DNA of 64,000 bases. Origin: Neodothiora populina (Eukaryota). The DNA lies in assembly GCF_041146345.1 (NCBI RefSeq), contig NW_027191404.1:124001-188000 (forward strand). Reading direction: 5' to 3'. Numbering within the stretch: the stretch's first letter is position 1; every line of letters starts with the position of its first letter. Below, piece by piece: positions 1 to 11,004 of the stretch. A model generated the notes under the pieces. The model made no database searches, was not told where the DNA came from, and saw nothing but the letters and a program-made list of their open reading frames with translations. The position numbers and the translations under genes are program-made.

Positions 1-251
1 TCAGAAACAAGCTCGGTTCTAGACATAATGTATAGGCAATGCAATAACATCATACAAAGCTCCGGCTCTGCATTACTCATCTTGCTTCGCTATATTACTA
101 CTGGTGGGCCACATCTTATACTTTGATTGTTAATAGTAATGGCATGTGAGCTTACTGTCGTGAGCCGGCTGAGCCAGTCCATTAAAAGATACTTCTTTGC
201 ATAAAAACTAGTCCTTGTTGATCGAAACTTGTCGTGCGAGCGGCGTCGATG

Positions 252-3200
252 TCACATCGTGTCCAATACCTGTGAAATCTCCTTCAGCTTCACTGGCTTG
301 GTCAGAAACAGGTCGAAGCCGCTCGCGAACGCCTCCTGTCTGGCCTCCGCCGTGACCATCCCAGTCAGAGCTATGATATTTGCCGGCTTGAGTCCCAAAT
401 CACGCTCGTATCTTCGAATACGTCGAGTAGCCTCTAGTCCGTCCAAGACGGGCATGTTCAGATCCATGAAGATGAAATTGTAAGCTTCATAATCCTTTGA
501 AAGCTCTGGCGATTTTGCAAATGCTAACGGTACACCTGCACAGTACATCTCGACTGCTTGAGCGCCATCCTCTGCCACACTATATGTACGCCGTTGCCGT
601 TGCATGTATGTTGTTAACAGCCGTAGATTGATGGAATTGTCATCAACAAGCAGTATTGTAGCTTTGGAAGGGTGCTCGGTCTTCGATGACACATCATACG
701 ATAGCACAGTTGTTAGCTGATCCTGGTTCACGGGTGTTTTGCGCTCTGAAGAAGGAGGTTGAAGTGCCTCATGAGCAGAAGGAAACTGTGGTGGAACTCT
801 ATCCTTCGAAACGGCTTCTGTGTTGCCTAAGAGAGTACTGTCTTCCAGTCGGATGAGTGGTTGTTGACCTGACCCCATGAGAGCTGGCGAAGGATCGCGA
901 GGCATGGGATCAGCCATCGGACAGTCATTCGGGGCCACATCACCCTTCTTCTGGTTCGCTACCGTCGATGCGGTGAATGAAGGTAGATTATGAGCATCCT
1001 GGTCAGCATCACTATGCAATGGTTGAGGCACCACTCCACTCAAAGGATTGATCGATGGTCTTGTCGCGTTGTGTTGTGGATTGAGCTGCAGGGATGGAAA
1101 GTCAGCATTTGTGTCACACCCAGCCCATGATTGCTGCCAGCGCATTAGCGACCTTGGTTGGACCGATACTGTGGAGAAAGTCAGCTAGTCCCGTGCTGGC
1201 CTTGAAGTCCCACTCACGGTTGAGATATGCAGAAAACCCTGTAAGAGAAGGTTGTGGTAGTATTGAAGCTCTCCAGGGCTCGTGCAGTGACTGAGTCCGC
1301 GCAAAGCACTATGAGAACCCTGGTTGGACGTTCGTCAGGTCTAGAAAATTCAGGGATAATCTTGCCAGGAAGCTGTCGAAGGTGTTTTGCTGATGTGACA
1401 TAAAGCCTTTCATCCCCGAGGTCGGTCGTCAAGTCTGTGGCCATCCCAAAGCATTTTTCGCTTATCTCGGCGAAGGTCCAAACTAAGTCACTTGAGGTGT
1501 TTGAGATAATGGAGTCTCGAACTGCATTTAGTTTCAGGTCATGCCTACGATCCGAAACAATGTGAATGGCGGATGCCGCGGATACGTGTGTGCCTCTCAT
1601 AAGAGGCACGGTAACTTTGAATGTAGTACCTCGGCCTTGCTTGCTCTTGATCGAGATAGTACCGTTCATATTGTCGACAATCCGCTTCACAATGGACAGA
1701 CCAAGACCTGTGCCGGGGCTGAGTGGATCCTCCTGGACGAAAGGAGCAAAAACACTCTCATCGACAAATTGCTTGCTCATGCCCCTGCCAGAGTCGGCGA
1801 TTGTGAGGATATAATTCGATGCATCGGGGTTTCCAGAGATACGTGTGTTCCTCAAAGTCACGCTAATGAAGCCTTGGGTCGTGTACTTCAGGGCAATTCC
1901 AGCGAGATTCAGGACAATTCTGCGCCAGGCACCAGGTTGCGTAAGAACGTTCCAGCAAGTGCTCTCCGGATTGAAATATGTCACGGAAACTGCAATTCTG
2001 TCCAGGCTTTCGGGATTTCCTTTCGCCCTTCCGTGATTCAAGGTATGAGGCGAGATGCGTGTGATGAGACCACCGATATCTGCGTCTGCAGACCTCTGAC
2101 CATAGGTCCTCTGGTACTCCTGGCCAGCAAAGACTGTACTGATGACCTCTTCGAGAAGGACGCCAAGTCTCACCTGCTCTTCCTCGCCGATGATCGTGAT
2201 CTTGGGAACGCCACCTCCTTCGCTGCTTGTGGTATCATTACTTCTGGACAATGGATTGATCTTGGCAAAGCTCAAGAGATTGTCAAAAGTGTCAAGCAAA
2301 GTCTTGCCGCACATGTCAATCGTGTGTACCAGACCAGCTTGGTAATCGTCCCGTGTCGTGATTTGGAGGCACTCAGCCGAGCCTGTCTGATCGTTAGTAT
2401 CGAGCTTTCGCAATGCTGGAAGCAGAACCAACCTAGGATCCCATGAAGTGGGGTTCGGAGCTCATGTGAGATGTTGGTAATGAATGCTCCCTTTGCTTGA
2501 TCCGCTTGCTTAGCACCTAATGCTGCAATCTCAGACATTATAGATTGTCCGAAAGCAACAAGATAATTCAGTTCTATTCCAGGAGTAAGAGAACGTGTAG
2601 GACTACACGTCCACAAGATAGCACCAGCGAACCAACGCCGTTTGATGCTGTCCCACATACCAACAAACGCAAGGCTTCGCACATTTGGGAGAAGCAAATG
2701 AAGCAGCTTTCGTAATCTCCAACGCCTACCTCGATGAGCCCATGGAGCAGTATGATCACTTACACTCACGAGGTCCGGGCTCTCTTCGCTGCTTCCGTCC
2801 ATTCCGTAGTTCCAGACTTGGCCTCTTGGGAACTTCTCCAGCAAACTCTGCAACACGCTCTCGGGAATAGACAAGGGTTCGGCCACATCTTGCCTACCGG
2901 GACGGCCGGTCCTTGCGATAGACTTCCCCAAGACAGTGCACATCTCGGTCGACGGACTCTTCGAGTGCGGGCCTTTCTCACCACTATTCGTATGTGAGCT
3001 AGATTGTGAGGTGTCTGTCGAGGATCCTGATGTTGGGTTTTCTTGGACAAGGCCCCCAAAGGTTTCGATAGAGGCATCGAGAATGATCGCGCCATCCAGC
3101 TCTAGTGCTTCGCGCATTATTTTGGCTGCCCGTTCAATTATACCTGTGATGCTGGCAGTCGTCACTTCCTCTGGTGATAAGTTGGTTCTGTTGGCTTGTC

Positions 3201-4311
3201 CCGATGTGAAAGGCGACGAACATCTGTCTGTGTTGCCAGACTCCGACAGTTCCGTGGATAAGCCAGGTGACGATGGAGAACGTTGGAGCAAAGGCTCAGA
3301 TAAGCGATCGCTTGAAGCACTTGTAGGCACATCTGAGCAATGTAGTGATCGTCTTGGAATGTCAGCGGACACTGTGCGACGATTGGATTTTCTGCCAGGA
3401 ACGGGATGAGTCGTTCTGCGCTTTGTATCCTCGCGAGATTCATCGATTTCCCATCACTGTTGTATCTCAGATCTAGCACCGATGAAGCTTCCGATACCTG
3501 CAACCATGTCTCGACTACGACGGAGCTCCGAATTGGTGCGTATTACGCCCAGATGCGACATGATAGATGCTACCATATCTTTAAGGAATGTGAGTTCCGC
3601 GGCTGACAGACCTGCCCGAGGCTTATCGTCAAGGACGCAGTATGTGCCGATGATGTAGTTCTCTGGTGATACAATGGGCGTCCCTGCGTAAAATCGACAG
3701 TGTGGCGGGCCACGGACGTAAGGCTCATGCTTAAAACGTGCGTCTTCGGACAGATCGGGCACGACAAGTACATCGCCGGCCTGGAGATGCGGGGATTCTC
3801 CTGAAGCAAAAGGGATGAGTCCGGCAGTGTACTCACAGCACGAGGTTCCAAACCTTAGATCTTGGTTCAGACCAAAGCAAAGAGCATCCTCACTGTCCTC
3901 TGCAGTCGCCTTGTGTATGGAAAATCTGGGGGTTACCTCAGCAATCACATGCTGATAGCGGCCATCCACCAAAGAGACTAAGACGCGGCGACAGTCAAGG
4001 CGTAAAGCACCTGACTGCGCAAATGCAGTCAGGGACGGATCCGGTGATGGAAGGAACTCATATGGTTGGTCGGTAGCCTGACCAAACTCTCCCTTCACGG
4101 ACTGGTATGTGTTTGGCCTGCTGGTTTTGGTGGAATCACAGAACTCTCTGTATGGTCCGTAGTACTTGTACACTTCACGTTGTCTGTATACCTACATTCA
4201 GCCTGATAACCTCATCACTGCTCAAACGCCTCACCTTGCGTCGTCGCCAGTCTCTTCGCCCTGGAGAAAGCGTTGTACTCTCAGGCTTTCTTCAACAGAT
4301 TGGGAGGCCAT
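252..4311 (-). pseudogene. Hybrid sensor histidine kinase (GAF - HisKA - HATPase - degenerate REC - REC), apparently disrupted or recoded
   Basis: ATG 4311; introns 4234-4184, 2432-2383, 1217-1169. GAF (RFYAGTPIVSPENYIIGTYCVLDDKPR), H-box SHELRTPLHGILG, G1 DSGRGM, G2 GTGLGLSIV, REC (LLVDDN...FMDLNMPVLDG...TKP). Lesions: in-frame TGA 3456-3454, N-box NLAGIALKYT, frame change near 1119-1086. Kinase identity is secure; pseudogene versus functional status is not. Confidence 0.65.
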
Positions 4312-5722
4312 GCTTGAGAGAAGGACAACTCGATCACTCCGATCGTGGAAGAACAGACGTTATGAGGACGGTTGTACTTCACCTTGAGACAATTATCCCG
4401 GTTGATTGACCTGACTGTGACATATGGAAGAGCCATGCAAGTAGATGGTGTGGCGATGACCGTGCCTAAGTAGGAAGTTCATGAGGGTTGGCATTCACTG
4501 TGGCAGGCGCGACTGGTGATAGAGACTGTAAAGTAAGTTACGCAACGGCTATCACGACCTATCTTACCCACCTGCCTTCTTTGAAATCTTCGCAAAATGC
4601 AAATGACATCGATCACCAACACGATATGCCTTGATATTCTGCGGTGGCTCGGGCACGCCTCATTGTCCTACTCCTTCTGCAGTGATTCTTCTCACCAGCG
4701 ACAATGCCAACGATGTCATCTATCGCTGATGACCGTATCCATTGAGTCGAACGACCGCCGCACCCTGGCTGCGAAGTGGGCATTTACCTTACCTCACCAG
4801 TCATTTGCTGGTGCTGACCTTGCTCGTGTGTCCAGCCGACCCCCATGCTCGATGATCTACTCTCTTTCGACTTCGATTCCTACCTTACGCTTCCATAAGC
4901 ACGTCGCGCTGGCGCGTTGTCGGAAGGTGGACAGATAGAGGAGAGCGTAGTCTAGAACCACACGTTGTCGAGTGTACAAGTAAACTGCTTTCGATGTGAG
5001 CATCTGTGCATCATGCTTTCGGTATCTGACTAGCCCCCAGTTCATGGCGCCCGGTTCAGGGCCGCTCGCTAATCCTTTTTGAGCATCCTGTGATCGCTCT
5101 CTCAGCACACATGCCTGGGCTACTGTATGATCGGACGCTGTACGCCACGACGGTACTGTCGCGTAGAGCTATATGTACCATTTTCTCGAATTGACGAGGG
5201 TTGACCCTGTCAGGACAAGAATGAATATATAAAGATCATTTAGGTGCTATACAGAGGTAATCGTTATTAGAATAAGCCGCTGGCCCACCGTTCCGCAGTT
5301 TAGTCTGGCTCCGTCTCATGGCACCGAGACCGCCGGCATCACGCACCCCAGATCGATCTGCAAAAGGTACCTTTCACGTTTCCACATGATCTTTTATCGC
5401 ATCCAAGCTAAGTGTTTACGAAGGGTTTGAACGTGACTACTCAGCTACTGTACAGTCTACCAGTAACACGCGCAAAGCAGTTGTGCTTATTCGCCTAAAT
5501 CCAGAGATGTCTACAATTAGCCTAACAGGAGAAAGCCAGAAGCTGTAAGCTTGATTAGCGAGATATCCTTACGCGTACAAACACAACAAAGACAGCTGTA
5601 TTGCCCGGTCGAACCCAAGGGCGCACTGCCAAATCAGCAGCAAGTGTATGCGATCGCCTGTACTTCTAGGATCGACGCGATGAAAGAGCTGGTAAAAGTG
5701 GAATTATTAGAAGAGTAGAGAC

Positions 5723-8700
5723 ATGGTAGACATGACTACTTCTAGCGCGGAGTCCTGGCTGGGAATGCCTATGGTCGAGCTCCTCGAGAATGATAGAAGA
5801 CCAATATTCATCATAGACCTGGACATCGAATCCGCATATACTGTAGCTCCTCTTCAGCCAGTGTTTTATAACGAGAGCTTGCGCAGATTCCCGGCGCTGC
5901 AGGAGGCTATTTGCAAGGACACCGCAAAGTCAGCTCACAACCTGCCGCATCTAGAGTCATATGGCAGCTTCAAACGCTGGATCTGCCAACACTATCATGC
6001 CAGTAATCTAAACTACGCGCCAATAAACTTTAGGGCCATGACTTGGGATGCCATCACAGTGGGACACTTTAATGTCATCAGCGCAAGATTGGGAGCCAGG
6101 CCATACACAGCTAGCTTCATGGAAACACTTCTCTTGACTGGACCGGCTAAGAGCGAATTTGATCTTGGTGAGACATATTCTCCGGGCCTGAGCTCCTTGA
6201 GAAATAGGTACACTCCTTTGAGCGGGCCGTCAAGCACTGGCCTCGAAGACCCGACTGCTCATCATTCGCGGAGTGTTTCGGTCTCTTACTTTTCTCCTTT
6301 CCCGGGAGGCAGCACATTGGAAAGGGATACACCTGAAGAGTCGGAGCCACTCTTGTCTGATAAGCTGCTTCTGGACACCTCTGTGTCGAACCCAACAACA
6401 ACAGATGAATTGTCCAATTATGAGCGTGACCTTCTAGTGTCTCGTTACATGCAGACCTTGGCAGACCTCAGAATACAAAGGGAGGAGACCATCAAGAGGA
6501 CAGACCTACTTGATCGAATCTCCGCCATTGAAGCCGTTGCGATCTCCGTCATCAGCGCTGATGGCGAGCTGGTATTTGCGAATGAGGAATGGTGTGTAAG
6601 TGTCTGTTTGATCAAGGGATTTGTAATTAACAACATATAGGTACAGGATGTGCAGTTTTCCCAAGGGGGTAACCAGTGCTTTAGCTTGGATGAACGTATT
6701 CCTTGAGGAGGATCTGCCAAAGGCTTACGAGGTCTGGGAAACGACCATGATTCAGGCGCGGCCGATGAAGTTCGAAGCTCGTTTCAAGACGCCATGGAAG
6801 CCACCTTTCCATGTTGATGGTGAGGCAGACGAAGGTCCGACATGGATCTCGGCCACGATATATCCTGATCTCTCTGAAGAAGGCGTAGTCACTGGCGGGA
6901 CCGGCTGCATCCAGGATATTTCAGAGCAAAAATGGCTCGAGCGCGTGCAGAAACGCAAGACTGAAGAAGCTGTCGAGCGTGCCTCGCTCCTCGAGGCTCT
7001 CAATAAGCGAGTAGCGGAAGCGCAGGCCAAGGAACGCGAAGCACGTGAAAGCGATATACGGTTCCGAAGACTGGCTGACTTAATGCCATTCGGCATCTTC
7101 ATCTCAGACGACAATCGCCACAGACTGTACGCCAACGATAAAGCTCTCGAGATGTTCAATATGGATTCAGACTTACCGGCAGAGGTCATGCCTTGGGATA
7201 CGCTATTCTTTCCTGACGATGTGCCTGCCGCCAAAGAATTCTGGAGATGCGTTGTAGACGACCAAAAGTCTTCAACAATTGAAGCACGCATGAAAACCTT
7301 TGGAACCACCGATGATCCCGAGGAAAGTGTACGTAGATGGATAGTGTGCACTGGCATTCCCGAATGCAACAGCGATGGCTCATTCAGACATGTGACTGTC
7401 TGCGTAGTCGATGTCACCACCATAAAAGAGGCCGAAGAGCTACAACGACAACGAGTTGTAGATGTCACAGAAGCGAGACAGCGCCAAGAAGCGTTTATTG
7501 ACATGACGAGGTAATCATGGATATCACACTTGCGAAGGTATATGCTGACATTTGACACAGCCACGAGATCCGTAATCCACTAAGCAGTATTGTTCACAGC
7601 GCCGACGAAATATTGCAATGTCTGAGCAAACTCCCTATCGTATCCGAAGGGCGGAAATCAATCAGCACAGAAGCACTCGACAGCGCAATCGAGGCTGCAG
7701 ATACAATACTGTTCTGTACGCAACACAGTAGGAGAATCGTTGATGACATATTGTGTCTCTCTAAGCTCAACTCTAACCTTTTACCAATCTCGTTGATTCC
7801 GACAGAGGCAAAGAGGACAGTGGGGCATGCTATGAAGATGTTCGAGGGAGAGTTACGGGCGGCTGATATCACATGGAAGATGGACATAGATGCTTCCCTT
7901 GATCGTTTGGGAGTAACCTGGGTCAGCTTAGACACTTCTCGGATCCTTCAGATCCTAGTCAATTTGATCGGTAATAGGTGGGTGTCCATGTCGTTGTCAA
8001 CAGTATCGCAAACTCACTTATGCCAGCGTCAAATTTACTCAATTCGAAGACAAACGCGAATTGCGAGTAACATTATCCGCCACAACGACGAAGCCCTCAC
8101 AAGCTGAGCACGAGGCAATACAGTATCTGCTACCACTGAAAGATCCCGTCGATGATGGCTTTGATCCCGAGCAGACGTTGTACTTGAAATATATTGTCCA
8201 GGATACTGGCTGCGGGATATCGGTTGACGGCCAGAGAATACTCTTTACTCGGTTTACCCAAGACTCGACCAGGACGCATGTCAAATATGGTGGCAACGGA
8301 CTCGGCTTGTTCATCTCCCGTCAGGTACGTTGGTTGGTAAATGTGCTTGCTAGAGCTTGGCCATACTAACGCTGTGCTCTACAACAGTTGTGTGAGCTAC
8401 AAGGAGGCCAGATGGGCTTTCACTCGATAGAGGGACAGGGAAGCACCTTCGCATTCTTTGTGAAGACTGCCCGAGTCAGCCCCCCGTCAGACTCCATCCC
8501 GACCAATGCAATGCGAGTCAACTCGATCACTGCTGCAGAAGTTCTGAGTTCTGCTCATATCTTTCAATCCGACACGTCGACAACTAAGCTCGACGCAGTA
8601 GCGGCTTCGATCATACCTCCACCTAATGCCGCAGCCGATCATATCCACATTTTGTTAGTTGAGGATAATTTGATCAATCAGAGAGTGTAAGTACACCTTG

Positions 8701-9117
8701 CCCCGAAGACATTGCGGCACCCAGCATTTGCTGATACTTCACCTCAGACTTGGTCAGCAGCTCCGGAAGCGTGGTTACAAGGTAAATATAGCAAACCACG
8801 GCGAGGAAGCCTTGTCACATATTCAGACCACCCGACTTTGGACCAATAATAACAACACTGGTAATGACCTGACAATAATACTCATGGACATCGAGATGCC
8901 AGTCTTGAACGGTCTAGACTGCGCCCGTCGTATACGGGATCTACAGAAAGCTGGATCCATCCATGCTCATATCCCGATAGTAGCAGTTACAGCAAATGCA
9001 CGCCCACAGCAAGTCGATGATGCGTTTACTGCTGGGATGGATGACATCATTTCGAAACCGTTCCGCATGCCAGAGTTGGTGACATTAATCGACTCGATTA
9101 TAGCGAAAGCAGCGTAG
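5723..9117 (+). CDS. Hybrid sensor histidine kinase with PAS domains (PAS - HisKA - HATPase - REC; fungal group XI-like)
   Basis: Introns 6592-6640, 7511-7560, 7978-8026, 8325-8387, 8686-8748 give a continuous frame. H-box FIDMTSHEIRNPLS, N-box NLIGNSVKFT, DTGCGI, GGNGLGL, REC ILLVEDN...LMDIEMPVLNG...SKP all intact. Confidence 0.93.
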
Positions 9118-10009
9118 AGGTTCATGACCAGAGCAAGACTGGAGGGTTTCGATTGCTTGCAATCATAATAACAATGACGACGTTATGATCGATGACTTTG
9201 ATTTTTGTTAGCCTCTGAATCGAGTAAAGATGAGCGGGCGAAATGCTTCGCGGAAGATCGGACGAATGTGTGTGGTGGTACTTTGCGAGAAGGTGGTAGG
9301 ATAAGGTGTTACGGCAATTACTTAATGACTACAATAGCAGAAGAATCTAAGCGAAGCAAGCTGGAGAAGAAGACAAAAGGAAAGGATGAAGATCGGTCGA
9401 GGACTGGGTAGCCACCCGTGATGAAGACTTATCAAAATCTTGAGGGCGAGGTCCAGCCATTCCGTGTTTCATGTAACATATAAGGTGTTATACCGGGCTA
9501 TGTGCACAGTCGAGGAACGACGTGCGTTGTCTCTTCTCGGAGTATACTATAGTTTGGTCACGCCAAGCCCATGGTCCCTCGTACCGCCGTCCGACGCTTC
9601 ATGCCGCTGATGTGAACTCTAAATATTGTGGTTCCAACATTCGCCTTCATTTGGTTACGCGCGAAGTAAATCACACAGATTCTCGGACCGCAAAACTGCG
9701 ATTCAACCTACTAAACCTTATCATGGTGTTCTCGGTGTGGTAGCAATGAATCGCTGTGACCGTCTTTTCACGCACCTAGGGTGAGCAGCATGGCCTGTGT
9801 GATGCTACCTGCATTTAAAGTCGCGCATATCGAACAGCACGTCTAACTATCCAGGAAAGTCTGGACTGTTCGTATGGGGCATAGTTCGTCGCCCCTGTCA
9901 ACTTTATCAGTGCCTTGAAACACTGATGGAAAATCAAAGCAGAAAAGCCTTTGATCGGATGCAGACATGCCTTGTCCTCATCAGGAAATGAATAGTGCTT
10001 GGAAGGATC

Positions 10010-11004
10010 TCAGTAGCCACGCTTCTCCATTTCCATCTCGGTCCATTTCCAGAGCTTCGGTGCGTTGCTTGCGTCCTTGACTGGAGCACTGATGGACCCA
10101 ATCTTGCCAACAGGGTCGTAGTATTCGCCACTGCGCACGTCCGGGCTGACAGACGCCCACAGCTGGTTCAAGGCACCCTGCTGTACATTGGTAGCCACCA
10201 AAGCACCAGCGGCATTCCACACGAAATCGGGAACCCATGGCCATGACTTTTTGAAACCAGACACCAAGTTGGTATTGACATCTTCTGGATGCAGACTGAC
10301 GCATCTGATTCCAGGGTAACGTTTGGCGAGCTCCTGTGTGAAGAAGATGTTTGCAATTTTACTTTGCCCGTAGCGTGTGAACGTATTGTAGGACGACATA
10401 TCTGTGCATGCGTCTTCAAGCAGCAGTCCCTTGGTCGAGAATTTGTGACCTCTCGAACTGATATTCACGATGCGCACATCGGTATCAGGCAATTTGGCGG
10501 TTTCCTGCAGGACGGGTAGCAGGATTTTGGTCAGCAGAAAATGGCCAACATGGTTGGTGCCAAACTGGATCTCGAATCCATCTGCAGTCAGATCTGCGGG
10601 GCATGCCATGATGCCTGCGTTATTCATGAGCACGTCCAAACGCTTTGAGGAAGCCATGAATGACTCGGCCGCGGCCTTGACCGAGGCTAGATTCGTGAGA
10701 TCCATCTCCAAGAACGTGATTTTGGCGTTTGGTGAGGTCTCCTTAATAGAAGCAATTGCCTGTTCAGCCTTCGCCTTTGATCTAGCTCCTAGGTAGATCT
10801 CTGCTGGGTTGTGCTCGGCGAAGCGAAGACATGATTCGGCACCCAGTCCAGAGTTGCCTTCCTGTCAGTTTAGCCATCGCACGCAAACAAAGTAGATGCC
10901 TGCAGGACTCGGGGGGGGGGGGGGATCTAACCTCCCGTGACAAGGATAACTTTGCCCGAAAGATCGGGGATGTCTCTATCTGGTTTGAAGTTGGTATGAA
11001 CCAT
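10010..11004 (-). CDS. Short-chain dehydrogenase/reductase (retinol dehydrogenase/WWOX-like)
   Basis: ATG 11004 (MVHTNFKPDRDIPDLSGKVILVTG); one intron restores TGGNSGLG; NNAG, FGTNHVGHF and catalytic YGQSK; stop 10012-10010. Confidence 0.92.

Noticed and set aside
1541..2446. 301-aa plus-strand ORF and other long antisense ORFs (6752-7564, 32494-34038, 39785-40708, 46483-47100)
   Set aside because: They are shadows of well-supported genes on the opposite strand, with no independent motifs.
252..11004. RIP as the cause of the kinase and SDR lesions
   Set aside because: The changes are not in TpG/CpA context, and I saw no AT-rich or TpA-enriched repeat nearby.
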